Positions 52,375 to 62,765 of a stretch of 64,000 nt of DNA are shown in pieces (position 1 is the first letter of the stretch; the number at the start of each line of letters is the position of its first letter). Origin of the DNA: Bdellovibrionota bacterium (GTDB lineage Bacteria > Bdellovibrionota_C > UBA2361 > CAKMMH01). A model generated the notes under the pieces. That model worked only from the letters and a program-made list of their open reading frames with translations, was not told the DNA's origin and did not search any database. Location of the stretch: positions 224,001 through 288,000 of the forward strand of contig JBMNLI010000017.1 in assembly GCA_050952645.1 (NCBI GenBank), in the 5' to 3' direction. The translations under genes and the position numbers were made by a program.

Positions 52375-53464
52375 AAGTAAAGGCGTAGCACTACTACTAA
52401 CTACATTTATCATAGCTTTAGTAGCGATCTTAATCGTAAACTTAAGCTATTCTACGATGATAACCTCTCAGCAAAATACTAACCTTACTAGAGCTACACA
52501 AGCAGAATATCTCTTAAAATCGGCAGAATCGCTAGCAATAGTTCTTTTAAATAACGATGCAAACTCATACGATGCAAAACATTTCGATTTATCAACCTCT
52601 CTTAGCGATGCTCAAGCTATCTTTGCAACCCCTCAAGATGTTTCAAACTTTTTAGAAATTCCAATAGATGGCGTAAAAATAAGTATGCAACTAGTGCCTT
52701 GTAATGCATACTTAAATTTTTCTAATTTAGATAGAGATATAAAAAGACAGCAAATTTTAACTACCCTTTTTGACGCTCTAATGCTTGAAAATATCGAGGG
52801 AGAGTTCACATCGGAGCTATTACAAAACTCTAATAATACTAACGAACAATTAGTCGCTAATATTGCAGATTATTTAGACGCAGGAAATGAAGATTGTGAA
52901 AATTGCGTCGCTAAAGGTATAGAAAGCCAAATCCATGATAAAAACATAAGAAAGTTATGGGACTCGGGAACTATTACAAACTTTGGCGTTTTATACACAC
53001 TACCTAGATTTAATATGAATAAAGTAAATGCAATAGCACCTTATTTTTGCATCAACCCTACTGCCAACTCTAGAGAATATAATTTAAACTTAAATTACGT
53101 ATCCACAGAACTTTTAAACGTTCTTGCAGAATATGCTTCTAAATACCAAAGTGCAAATATCGATGTAAATGCCATTATCTCTAGACAAAATGAAGACGTG
53201 CCATTTACATCACCTAACGATATAATGCAATTCTTTTCACAATTAGGAATAGAGGCAGATAAGGTTTTCTCAAATAATTTTTTTACTACTAGTAGCCACT
53301 ACTGGGAGCTTATAGCCTCAGTGTCGATTGGGAATTCCACATCTAGGGTGCGCTCTATCATTCAAAAAGGCGCTATCAGACCAAACCAAGACCAAAACCA
53401 AAATCAAGACCAAAAGCAAAATCAAAATGGCGCTCGAGTTATAGATAGAGAACTAATTTTTTAA
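52337..53464 (+). CDS. gspK: Type II secretion minor pseudopilin GspK-like protein
   Basis: Prepilin site KG|VALL, QAEYLLKSAE, IADYLD, LNLNY. Confidence 0.8.
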   Translation: MKNKLSQKNKFAKSKGVALLLTTFIIALVAILIVNLSYSTMITSQQNTNLTRATQAEYLLKSAESLAIVLLNNDANSYDAKHFDLSTSLSDAQAIFATPQDVSNFLEIPIDGVKISMQLVPCNAYLNFSNLDRDIKRQQILTTLFDALMLENIEGEFTSELLQNSNNTNEQLVANIADYLDAGNEDCENCVAKGIESQIHDKNIRKLWDSGTITNFGVLYTLPRFNMNKVNAIAPYFCINPTANSREYNLNLNYVSTELLNVLAEYASKYQSANIDVNAIISRQNEDVPFTSPNDIMQFFSQLGIEADKVFSNNFFTTSSHYWELIASVSIGNSTSRVRSIIQKGAIRPNQDQNQNQDQKQNQNGARVIDRELIF

Positions 53465-53564
53465 ACACTCTTTTAAGCTTAAGCATCTAGATGTTTTTTT
53501 AGATATTTTTTGCACCACTTTAAATTAAAATCTTAAAATTAAAATCTTTTATTATAAAACCTTA

Positions 53565-53885
53565 TTATTTCTTTACATATTTAGCTAAAATTTCATCTAT
53601 CTGCGGATTGCCCTCTAAAATTGTATTTGCTAACTCTAGAAAATCTTTATCATTAGCTAATTCCTCTTTCTTAGCTACAACATTTACTATATACGCTTTA
53701 ACCTCATCTAAAGAACAAAACTCATTTGTTTTTAAATCCTCTATCTCACGCTTCCACGTATCGGCTAAAGAAATTTTGCTTTCTACATTTTGTGAACCTT
53801 TTAAAAGATTTTCATTAGTTAAGATTTTTGCTTTCTTTTTTGTTTTTTCTAATTCTTTTACTTTTAAATTATTTTTATTTTTCAT
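53565..53885 (-). CDS. Hypothetical protein, last gene of the T3SS-like operon
   Basis: Co-oriented, 35 bp downstream of the TPR gene. Confidence 0.65.
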   Translation of the reverse strand: MKNKNNLKVKELEKTKKKAKILTNENLLKGSQNVESKISLADTWKREIEDLKTNEFCSLDEVKAYIVNVVAKKEELANDKDFLELANTILEGNPQIDEILAKYVKK

Positions 53886-53919
53886 ATTCTAAACCCCTTA
53901 AAAAAATATTTTATTATCC

Positions 53920-54936
53920 TTAAAACTTAAAATCATCAATATCAAACTCCTTCGCTTCATTATTCGCTTCATTTTTAATATTGATCACTTTATCGCTACT
54001 AAATTCTTTTTTATTTTTTGCTTTATCTTCTTTATCGTTTTTTATCTCTTTTTCATTTTCTTTATCATTTTCTTTATCACTTTCTCTATCATTTTCTTTT
54101 TTCTTTTCTTTTATATTTTCTTTTATATTTTCTTTTGCATTTTTTATTTTATTTTTTTTGCTTTCTTTTCTTTTTTGTTTGTTCACATCTTTCCCTTTAA
54201 GAAGACTAGCATCAACATTCCCCCTATCTTCCTTAGTCTCTAATGCACTTTTATTATGCACTTTAGAGCTAACATTGCTAGTAGTAAGCTTTAGTTTTTT
54301 AGCATCATTTTTCAAAATCTTTTTACTTTTTATATCTTTATCTTTATTAACATCACTAACACCACTCTTATTAACACCTTCCTTATTAACACCTCCCTTA
54401 TTAAAAGCTTTAACCTTTTTAATATTGTCGATAATAATATCATCTTTTTTAAGAGTGCTAGCTTTTTGAAGCTCGTCTAAAGCTTGGCTTTGTCCCTCTT
54501 TAGTATTATCGAATAAAAGCCCAGCAAAATTGTTCCTATCACGATAATTTTCTGGCTTTCTTTCTATAACAAACTTATAAATGTTTTTAGACTCTTCTTT
54601 TAAACCTAACACATCGTAAAGAAGTGCTAAATTTGATAAAGCCCTTAAATAATTTTTATCCTCTTCATAAGATTTTATAAAATACTCCTCAGCAAGCTTA
54701 TAATCTTTTTGGTAAAATGCTACGCAACCTAACCCATCATACCCCTCAGGGATAGTAGCCACTTCGAGCGATAAATTAAAGCCAGCTCTCGCTTGTTCAT
54801 AATTTCCTTGCATCAAATCTTTCGTAGCTCTATCTGCATACTCTCTTGCGAGCATAAGCTTTTCTCTACTCTTTTCATAAGAGCAGGAAGCTAAAAATAA
54901 AATATTTAAAATTAATAATATTTTTACTATTCTCAT
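53920..54936 (-). CDS. TPR-repeat lipoprotein with charged low-complexity tail
   Basis: LASC lipobox; TPR patterns YDGLG..A..YF and ALSNLALLY; ATGA overlap with the SctV-like gene. Confidence 0.82.
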   Translation of the reverse strand: MRIVKILLILNILFLASCSYEKSREKLMLAREYADRATKDLMQGNYEQARAGFNLSLEVATIPEGYDGLGCVAFYQKDYKLAEEYFIKSYEEDKNYLRALSNLALLYDVLGLKEESKNIYKFVIERKPENYRDRNNFAGLLFDNTKEGQSQALDELQKASTLKKDDIIIDNIKKVKAFNKGGVNKEGVNKSGVSDVNKDKDIKSKKILKNDAKKLKLTTSNVSSKVHNKSALETKEDRGNVDASLLKGKDVNKQKRKESKKNKIKNAKENIKENIKEKKKENDRESDKENDKENEKEIKNDKEDKAKNKKEFSSDKVINIKNEANNEAKEFDIDDFKF

Positions 54937-56759
54937 GCAGCCTCTTTTAGTTGTAATTTAACTATGGTTCCACACACTTGTAATTTTACATCTTTTATTA
55001 TCTCTTCATGTGCAAGCACTGGAATATTTATGTTTTGTAAAGTTATAAAATCGAAAACACCTAGTCTTGCGTCTTTAGATGTTAAAAGCACTTTTCCCTC
55101 TACGTCTACTCCATCAAAAAACCTTACTATACTATTAAAACTTTCATCTGAAACTATATCTATCTCCTTTGCGGCTTTCATAAACTCTAAATCGATAACT
55201 GGGTCTAATAAGATTACATTTAGCTTAAAATCGCTACTAGCATATTTTAAACTAATCACTCTTTTTAAACTCTCACGAACGTTAGCAATTAGAGATTGTT
55301 TATTGATGTTATCTTTATCGAGTTCCGCAACGCCCTGAAGAATCATATCAAAATGCTTAATACTGATATCTTCCTCGATTAAACTTTTTAAAACTAACGT
55401 TAATTTAGTAACGCTTATTATATCTGGCACTACCCTATTTACTAAATCTTGATAAGTGCTTTCGTAAAAATCTAATAATTTTTTAGTTTCATTATCATCT
55501 ATAAACTCTAATATATTATTATCTAGCACTTTTTTTAGAGCATCTACAAACCTTACACCGCCATCTTTTAGATCAAAGTCTTTTTCTACATTAACATTAA
55601 GCCCTTTTATTTTTACTTCAAATTTTTCTACGCTATCATCAGTCTTTATTTCTGGAGTGCTTAATATGATTCCCCATTTTTCAAAAGCGTATTTTCTAAA
55701 CTCCTCTATACGTAGTTTTAATAAATTTATATTGTGAAGCTCTTTTAAATACGACGTATTAAATACTATTAAAAGTGTTGGCTCTATTCTTGGAATATAA
55801 TTTACCACCTCGTGTGATACGCTTTCTATTTGAGATTTTTGATTAGATGCTAAAAAACTCAAAAAGAAGAACGCCCCTATTAGCAAAAAAGGCACCGCAG
55901 GCATTCCAGGAATTAGTGCAAGTAGAAGTGAGATTATACTAATTATTATTTTTGGTTCCTTTAGTTGTCCTAATTGTTCTGGAATTTGGCTAGCTAAAGA
56001 CGATTTATCATCCGATACTCTCGTGATAATCATTCCAGCAGCTAACGAGTTTAAGAAAGCTGGAATTTGTGCTAGTAGTCCATCACCGATAGTTAAGAGA
56101 GTATACTTAGAAATAGCAGACTGAATATCCATATGATTTATAAAGATACCTACCGCTAAACCTCCTATAATATTTATAGCCGTTATTATAAGTCCCGCTA
56201 TCGCATCTCCTTTTACAAACTTCATCGCTCCATCTAGTGCACCATAGAACCTAGACTCGGTTTGCAACTCTTCTCTTTTTTCTTTTGCCGTTTTAAAATC
56301 GATAAGCCCAGAGCGAACGTCTGCATCGATAGACATTTGTTTCCCTGGCATAGCATCTAGCGTAAACCTAGCCGATACCTCTGCAACCCTTTCAGAACCT
56401 TTTGCTATTACTATAAATTGAACTAATGTGATAATTAAAAATACTACTATTCCTACGACTAAGTTTCCTTGTATAACGACCTTTCCAAAAGCTTCAATAG
56501 TTTTACTAATAGTGTTAGACCCTAAGATCATTCTTGTAGTCGATACATTTAACGCAAGTCTAAATAACGTTGCTAAAAGTAAAATCGTTGGAAGAGAACT
56601 TAATTTTATTGGCTTAGTAATATACAATGCGCTAACTAGTAAAAGTAATGATAAAATCAAATTAGTCACTAGCAATATATCTAAAACGCCTGATGGTAAT
56701 GGAAAAAGCATACTTGCAAACATGGCAAGTACGCTTATTGGCAAAATTAAATTTTTCAT
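54933..56759 (-). CDS. SctV/FlhA family export gate protein (FHIPEP)
   Basis: RVAEVSARFTLDAMPGKQMSIDAD, FYGALDGAMKFVKGDAIAG, LTIGDGL..QIPA. Confidence 0.95.
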   Translation of the reverse strand: MKNLILPISVLAMFASMLFPLPSGVLDILLVTNLILSLLLLVSALYITKPIKLSSLPTILLLATLFRLALNVSTTRMILGSNTISKTIEAFGKVVIQGNLVVGIVVFLIITLVQFIVIAKGSERVAEVSARFTLDAMPGKQMSIDADVRSGLIDFKTAKEKREELQTESRFYGALDGAMKFVKGDAIAGLIITAINIIGGLAVGIFINHMDIQSAISKYTLLTIGDGLLAQIPAFLNSLAAGMIITRVSDDKSSLASQIPEQLGQLKEPKIIISIISLLLALIPGMPAVPFLLIGAFFFLSFLASNQKSQIESVSHEVVNYIPRIEPTLLIVFNTSYLKELHNINLLKLRIEEFRKYAFEKWGIILSTPEIKTDDSVEKFEVKIKGLNVNVEKDFDLKDGGVRFVDALKKVLDNNILEFIDDNETKKLLDFYESTYQDLVNRVVPDIISVTKLTLVLKSLIEEDISIKHFDMILQGVAELDKDNINKQSLIANVRESLKRVISLKYASSDFKLNVILLDPVIDLEFMKAAKEIDIVSDESFNSIVRFFDGVDVEGKVLLTSKDARLGVFDFITLQNINIPVLAHEEIIKDVKLQVCGTIVKLQLKEAA

Positions 56760-56775
56760 AAAGCTAAATCATAAA

Positions 56776-57108
56776 TTACGCAGTTCTAACATTTCTAATT
56801 GCAGACATTTTGGTTTCATGCTCCGATTTAATAATATTAGAAGTTAAGGTTACTTTCTGCATTTGTTGTTGCCAATAAATTTGAAGACCAATCATATTTT
56901 GAAACTCAGATTGCATACCAAAAACCGAACCTGCAACGCCCCCTACGGTAGCTAACGTATCACCAACTGCGCCTAGCACATCTGAAAACCCCGAGCTACT
57001 TTCAGTTTCTGGAACGGGTGTATATCTTGTAAGACCTGATGCGTCAAAATTATCGTAATTAAAGCTTTCTGTTTGTGGTGTTAATGCTTTGTTTATAGTA
57101 TTAGACAT
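56776..57108 (-). CDS. Small protein with T3SS needle/rod (SctF/SctI)-like C-terminus
   Basis: QQQMQKVTLTSNIIKSEHETKMSAIRNVR resembles the needle-subunit pattern SNxxKxxxD/ExxxxIxNxR. Confidence 0.55.
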   Translation of the reverse strand: MSNTINKALTPQTESFNYDNFDASGLTRYTPVPETESSSGFSDVLGAVGDTLATVGGVAGSVFGMQSEFQNMIGLQIYWQQQMQKVTLTSNIIKSEHETKMSAIRNVRTA

Positions 57109-57211
57109 AAGATTTCTCCCGAAAAAATATTTTTGCTTTTTAAAAAGATATTTTTACATAAGATGTTTTCTTATATAAAAACACTCTAATAGAAATATTC
57201 GAGAGAAATTT

Positions 57212-58111
57212 TTAAAAGTTGCAAGAATTAACTAAAAAACTTATATTTTTTTCATCGAACGTCAATTCTCCAGAAAGAACATCTTTTGAGCCTATTTTTA
57301 ATATCGCATTTATCTTTTCATCTCTATCTAAAATAATCTTATCTCCCTCTTTTAATGCGACTAGCGACTTAAGGTCGATATCGATAGAACCTATATAAAG
57401 TGTAGCCTTTACCTCTATATTATCAGCTTTATTATTATCAGCTTTAGTATTATCAGCTTTATTATAGTCTTTAGTAGTATTTTCATTTTCCATAAGTTCA
57501 CCCTCGTTATTTATTACTGTAAAAATAAGCTTATCATCAGTTATTTCTAAATTGCTAAGTGCAAGCTCTCTTTCTAAGAAAGGAGCTTTAAGAGTAGATG
57601 TGTTAGCTAAAGTTAAGTTTAAAATATTTTTTGAAACCTTCTTTATATTAGTAGCTAGCAGTGTAGGATATATCGAAACGGAGATACTTTTATTTTCAGC
57701 ATTATATTTCTTAAATATATCTACAAGATTATCTTCTAAAAACTCTTTTTTAATACTCGATATATCGTAAGGAGTGCTAAAATAAATTTTCCTATCTTTA
57801 AAAATGCATTCTTCTTCAAATACTGGGAAAACGCTAGCAAAATCTGGTATTCTTTTTATCGATAAATTGTTTTTATCGAAAACTCTTAAAGCATCAAAAA
57901 TTTTTATTTCATCATTAGTTAAAATTTCATCACTAAAACTTATAGAAAAATAGTATTCATTTAACTTAAACACCGCTCTTTGTCTTCTTATATCGAAAGA
58001 GACTTGCTTATTAGAAAACTCTACATTACTAGATAATAAAACATCTAGTAGGCTTTTTATAAAGTTTCGTTCCTCTTTTTTTATATATCCAAAATCAAAC
58101 TTTGCTTTCAT
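57212..58111 (-). CDS. SctQ/FliM/FliN-like protein with C-terminal SpoA domain
   Basis: LYIGSIDIDLKSLVALKEGDKIIL...GEL. Confidence 0.78.
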   Translation of the reverse strand: MKAKFDFGYIKKEERNFIKSLLDVLLSSNVEFSNKQVSFDIRRQRAVFKLNEYYFSISFSDEILTNDEIKIFDALRVFDKNNLSIKRIPDFASVFPVFEEECIFKDRKIYFSTPYDISSIKKEFLEDNLVDIFKKYNAENKSISVSIYPTLLATNIKKVSKNILNLTLANTSTLKAPFLERELALSNLEITDDKLIFTVINNEGELMENENTTKDYNKADNTKADNNKADNIEVKATLYIGSIDIDLKSLVALKEGDKIILDRDEKINAILKIGSKDVLSGELTFDEKNISFLVNSCNF

Positions 58112-58144
58112 ATATTTGCTTTATATTCCATTTTACGTTTTTCT

Positions 58145-58324
58145 TTAAGAAAATATTACGGTATCTATTTTAATTTCTCTTTTTAAAAAATCTTGTAGCT
58201 CAGTAATATCTCTTAGCCACGCTTTAATTTTAGATAACGTTTTCTCGTCGTAAAAACACTCGTAATCATCTATTTTTAAAGAGTAAATCAGTTTTGCTTG
58301 TTTAAGATACCATATGTCTTCCAT
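58145..58324 (-). CDS. Small hypothetical ORF (59 aa) not in the ORF track
   Basis: MEDIWYLKQAKLIYSLKIDDYECFYDEK... fills the gap between the sctJ-like and sctQ-like genes. Confidence 0.45.
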   Translation of the reverse strand: MEDIWYLKQAKLIYSLKIDDYECFYDEKTLSKIKAWLRDITELQDFLKREIKIDTVIFS

Positions 58325-58347
58325 TAGTTATGTCTTTCTATTAGTTA

Positions 58348-59214
58348 TTACTTACCTATAATCGATACAGTTTTTATTAAGTCTAATTTTTTATTATTCT
58401 TATATTTTTTTATATTTTTTATTATTACCAAACTTAATGCGACACCTAAAATAAGATAAAAATAATAATAATTATTTTTGATAAAACCTAAAACGCCACT
58501 ATGCCTGCTACCGTTTATTGTAGCTTTAGAACTTTCTAATATGCCGCTATTAGCTACTAATATGTTATTTTCAGAATTATTCTTTTTATCACCTAAAACA
58601 TTTATTTTTGAGATAACTATCGATACATCTTTTGCATCTATTCCAGAAGCTCCACTTATTATTGATTTTATTTTTTCTTCATCGAACTTCTCTTTATCGC
58701 TAACTACCATTAAAACGCTAGCACTAGTTTTTTCCTTATCATCTTTTTTTAAGCTAAGGATATCGTTTTTTTTAATATTTAAATGAACTCTAGCATCGAA
58801 CACGCCACTTAACGTTAGGAGAGTTTTCTCGAGTTCTGCCGACAAGACTCTTTCATAATAAAAATTCTTTTCTTGATTAGAGCCGAGCACCGATGAGGTT
58901 TCTTTAATATTAGAAGTGTTATCTTTTAGCAACCTTTTAGAGTCTAGAAGAGAAATGGCGTTTATTAAATCTTTTTTTTCTACTAGGAGCGTCCATTTAG
59001 CATCTGCTTGGAGTTCTTTTTTTGCTTCGATGCCTTCGCTATTTAATATGCCTATTAGTCTATTTACTTGAATTTCGCTTAAGTTATGAAGTAGTGCCTC
59101 TTTACACCCCATAAGAAAGCAGAGCGAACATAATAAAAATTTACATATTACATTAAAATAAAAACTATTATTTTTCATGTTTTTTTTCGTGTTCTTTTTC
59201 ACGTTCTTTTTCAT
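58348..59214 (-). CDS. sctJ: SctJ/YscJ-type inner-membrane ring lipoprotein
   Basis: LMGC lipobox, LLHNLSEIQVN, ELEKTLLTLSGVFDARVHL, SASV, C-terminal TM; 288 aa, much shorter than FliF. Confidence 0.88.
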   Translation of the reverse strand: MKKNVKKNTKKNMKNNSFYFNVICKFLLCSLCFLMGCKEALLHNLSEIQVNRLIGILNSEGIEAKKELQADAKWTLLVEKKDLINAISLLDSKRLLKDNTSNIKETSSVLGSNQEKNFYYERVLSAELEKTLLTLSGVFDARVHLNIKKNDILSLKKDDKEKTSASVLMVVSDKEKFDEEKIKSIISGASGIDAKDVSIVISKINVLGDKKNNSENNILVANSGILESSKATINGSRHSGVLGFIKNNYYYFYLILGVALSLVIIKNIKKYKNNKKLDLIKTVSIIGK

Positions 59215-59884
59215 CTTTAAGAATCTCCTGTAAATTACTTAATGCTTTTATGTGTATTCTCGTTATCGATGAGCGAGAATAAGATTTATAACTTTTTGCA
59301 ATATCTACAAAAGTTTTATCTTTAAAGTAGTGTTCTTTAATGATATGCCTTTCATCCTCGGATAACTTGTCGATAGCTTTCTCGAGAATTTGTCTTTGTT
59401 CTAATCTTAAATAATGGTTTTCAGGCGATTGGTCTTCGCTATCTGAAATTCTATCTTCTATAAGCTCATTAGTACCTAATTTAAAAACTAGTGCTCCTTT
59501 TGATACTAAATCAAAAACTTTTGCTATTTTCTCATCTTCTTTATCCTCAGGCTCGATGCTCAGCACTTTCTCTTCAAAATCCACGACGCTAGTGTAGGCT
59601 TTAGCAACCTTTGCATATCTATTAGTAGTTTGCGTGTCTTTTCTAAATGCGTCTATTATGGCTCCTCTTATTCTATAAAATGCAAAATTTTTAAAAGGAA
59701 CGCTATCTTTACCTTGCTTATATTTTGTTGCGGCTTCGATAAGCCCTACGTATGCAGAAGATTTTGCCTCTTCTATCTTTTCTTTATTTAATTTATATTT
59801 TTTAGCTACTTGGTATGCAACGCAATGTGCAAACTCTAAATTTGCTTCTACTATCTCATTAATGGTCATTATATTGTTAGACAT
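59168..59884 (-). CDS. FliA/WhiG-like sigma factor
   Basis: GLIEAATKY...FKNFAFYRIRGAIIDAFR; region 4 LSEDER...SRSSITRIH. Confidence 0.88.
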   Translation of the reverse strand: MSNNIMTINEIVEANLEFAHCVAYQVAKKYKLNKEKIEEAKSSAYVGLIEAATKYKQGKDSVPFKNFAFYRIRGAIIDAFRKDTQTTNRYAKVAKAYTSVVDFEEKVLSIEPEDKEDEKIAKVFDLVSKGALVFKLGTNELIEDRISDSEDQSPENHYLRLEQRQILEKAIDKLSEDERHIIKEHYFKDKTFVDIAKSYKSYSRSSITRIHIKALSNLQEILKDEKEREKEHEKKHEK

Positions 59885-60287
59885 AATTATCTCTATTTTA
59901 TTTTTTATTTGTTATTTATATTCTCAAATTTTAAGCTTATACTTTTAAGCTTACATCTTAAGTTTGTATTTTAAAAATTATATTTTATAATTTATATTTA
60001 ATCTTTTTATTTAATCTTTAAGAAAAACGCTACAAAAACAACTTAAAAAAACAATATAAAAAAACTCTCTATAAGTTAGTCGAAAGTTTATTTTAAAAAT
60101 TTCAAAAATTTTCATATTTTATAAAAATTTTCAGTATTTTCTTTTACAATTAACTATTTTAACTTTGTTTCTGTATAATTTCACTAGGTTATATTATAAG
60201 AAGCCTTTTTGCGAGATTAAGAAAGAGTTAAGAACAAACTAAGAATATTTAGCTTAAGAGTATTTAAGGTAAAAGTTTAGGGTAAAG

Positions 60288-60397
60288 AACTACATTAGAA
60301 CTACAATAAAACTACAATAAAACTACAATGGAACTACATTTAAACTACAATAAAACTACAATGGAACTACATTTAAACTACATTTAAACTACATTGA
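60288..60397. repeat. 11-bp tandem repeat AACTACAnTnn, 10 copies
   Basis: aactacattag, aactacaataa, aactacaatgg, aactacattta variants in exact 11-bp register. Confidence 0.92.
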
Positions 60398-60477
60398 AAA
60401 AAAGTGCAATTGATATATAATTTTACTTTATAAGTTAAAAACAATTTTATCATTTTGGAAAAAATAAAAGGGTTTAT

Positions 60478-62169
60478 ATGAGTAATGTCGACAATACTGA
60501 GGAAAGTTCAAGAAAAGTTTCTAATTTTATAATAGATATTATAGAAGAAGATTTAAAATCTGGTAAACACACTAAAATTATCACGAGATTTCCTCCTGAA
60601 CCGAATGGTTATTTGCACTTAGGTCATGCAAAATCGATCTGTTTAAACTTTGGAATAGCTGAAAAATATAATGGCGAATGCAATTTACGTTTTGATGATA
60701 CTAATCCATTAAAAGAAGAGATTGAATATATAGATGCTATAAAGGAAGATATCGCATGGCTTGGGTTTAAGCCTACTCGAGTTTGTTATGCATCTGATTA
60801 TTATGAAACGCTCTACAACTGGGCTGAGGAGTTAATAAAAAAAGGCTTAGCATACGTTTGTAGTTTATGTGTCGATGAGATAAGAGAATATAGAGGCACT
60901 CTTACTACTCCTGGTAAAAATAGTCCTGATAGAGATAGAAGTGTAGAAGAAAATCTTGATTTATTTAGGCGAATGAGAAATGGCGAGTTTGAGGAGGGAA
61001 AGTATACTCTAAGGGCAAAAATAGATATGGCATCACCTAATATGAACTTAAGAGACCCTGCTATATATAGGATAAAACACGCTTCGCATCCAAGAACGGG
61101 CGATGAGTGGTGTATATATCCGATGTATGATTTTACGCATGGCGAGTCGGATGCTATCGAGCATATTACGCATTCACTTTGCACTCTTGAATTTGAGGAT
61201 CACAGGCCTTTATACGAATGGTTTATTGAGAATTTGAGCGTTCCGTCTACTCCTAGACAAATCGAGTTTGCGAGATTAAATTTAACTTATACCGTTATGA
61301 GTAAGAGATACTTATTATCTCTTGTAAAAGACGGCATAGTTTCAGGTTGGGATGACCCAAGAATGCCGACTATTTGTGGAATTAGGAGACGGGGATTTCC
61401 TGCAAAAGCTATTAGAAATTTTTGTGAGCTTATAGGCGTTTCAAAAGCCGATAGCATGGTAGATTATGCCTTACTTGAGCATTGCGTGAGAGATGTTTTA
61501 AACAAGGAGGCTCCAAGGCGAATGGCAGTTCTAGACCCTATTAAGCTTATTATAGAAAATTATCCAGATGATTTTGAAGAGGACATTGTTTGTGATAATA
61601 ATCCAGAAGATGAAAATGCGGGGACTAGAACCGTTAAATTTACTAAAGAGCTTTATGTAGAAAGGGAAGATTTTGAAGAGAATCCTCCTAAGAAATGGTT
61701 TAGGCTAGCGATTGGAAATGAGGTAAGATTAAAGCATAGTTATTATATCACTTGTAAAGAGGCTATAAAAGATGAGCATGGCAAAGTTAGCACTCTTATT
61801 TGCACTTACGACCCTGAAGCTAAGGGGGGGCAATCACCAGATGGAAGAAAGGTAAAGGGGACGATCCATTGGGTTTCTACGAAGTATGCTATAAATGCGA
61901 CTGTAAATTTGTATGATCATCTTTTTACAAAGCCTAATCCTTACGATGTAGAAGATGGAAAAGATTTCAGGAGTAATTTTAATGAGCAATCTTTAAAAGT
62001 TTTAACTAATGTTAAAGTTGAAGAGAATTTATCTAATGCCAAACCGCAAGATGCGTTTCAATTTTTAAGAAAAGGCTATTATAGTTTAGACAAAGACTCT
62101 ACAAAGGACAATCTAATTTTTAATAGAACGGTATCATTAAAAGATTCTTGGGAGAAAGAAAAGAAATAA
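60478..62169 (+). CDS. glnS: Glutamine--tRNA ligase
   Basis: [31 protein letters not shown]. Confidence 0.97.
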   Translation: MSNVDNTEESSRKVSNFIIDIIEEDLKSGKHTKIITRFPPEPNGYLHLGHAKSICLNFGIAEKYNGECNLRFDDTNPLKEEIEYIDAIKEDIAWLGFKPTRVCYASDYYETLYNWAEELIKKGLAYVCSLCVDEIREYRGTLTTPGKNSPDRDRSVEENLDLFRRMRNGEFEEGKYTLRAKIDMASPNMNLRDPAIYRIKHASHPRTGDEWCIYPMYDFTHGESDAIEHITHSLCTLEFEDHRPLYEWFIENLSVPSTPRQIEFARLNLTYTVMSKRYLLSLVKDGIVSGWDDPRMPTICGIRRRGFPAKAIRNFCELIGVSKADSMVDYALLEHCVRDVLNKEAPRRMAVLDPIKLIIENYPDDFEEDIVCDNNPEDENAGTRTVKFTKELYVEREDFEENPPKKWFRLAIGNEVRLKHSYYITCKEAIKDEHGKVSTLICTYDPEAKGGQSPDGRKVKGTIHWVSTKYAINATVNLYDHLFTKPNPYDVEDGKDFRSNFNEQSLKVLTNVKVEENLSNAKPQDAFQFLRKGYYSLDKDSTKDNLIFNRTVSLKDSWEKEKK

Positions 62170-62244
62170 GTTTAGAGATAAAGAAAATTTTAGAAAAAAA
62201 AGATGACCTCGAAGCGATAAGTTTCAGCAAATCTTTATCTTCCC

Positions 62245-62688
62245 TTACTCTAAATAATTTAACTCATCTACAAATTGAGCAATATCTGAAAACTCTCTAT
62301 ATACCGATACAAATCTTATATAAGCTACTTTATCTATCTCTTTAAGTTCTGCCATTACAATATTTCCAATCTCTGAACTTTGAACCTCTTTTGAAAATTT
62401 TTCGTATAGAGTATTTTCCACCCTATCTATCATTTGATCTATAACTTCCGCACTTATAGGACGCTTTCTACAAGCTATCAAGATTCCAGATTTTAATTTC
62501 TCTCTATCGAAAACCTCACGACGCATATCTTTTTTAACAACCATAGGAAGCGTTAACTCTATCTTCTCATAAGTCGTAAAACGAAACTCACAATCTTGAC
62601 ACAAACGTCTCCTCCTAATGCCACCACCGCCATCATCTCTCGAGTCTATAACAGATAATTTTTCAGAGCCACATTTAAAACATCTCAT
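62245..62688 (-). CDS. nrdR: Transcriptional repressor NrdR
   Basis: CxxC...IRRRRLCxxC..RFTTYE, ATP cone, VAYIRF.SVYREF. Confidence 0.96.
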   Translation of the reverse strand: MRCFKCGSEKLSVIDSRDDGGGGIRRRRLCQDCEFRFTTYEKIELTLPMVVKKDMRREVFDREKLKSGILIACRKRPISAEVIDQMIDRVENTLYEKFSKEVQSSEIGNIVMAELKEIDKVAYIRFVSVYREFSDIAQFVDELNYLE

Positions 62689-62765
62689 AACTTTAGCTCA
62701 TTATAAATAAAAAAATAAAATTCTTCGCAAGCTTAAATTTTCATTTAAGCGTAAACTTAAATTTT

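Noticed and set aside
54933..59884. Calling these genes flagellar flhA, fliN, fliF and fliA
   Set aside because: The ring protein is a 288-aa lipoprotein of SctJ type and no rod, hook or motor genes are adjacent; flagellar symbols withheld pending phylogeny.
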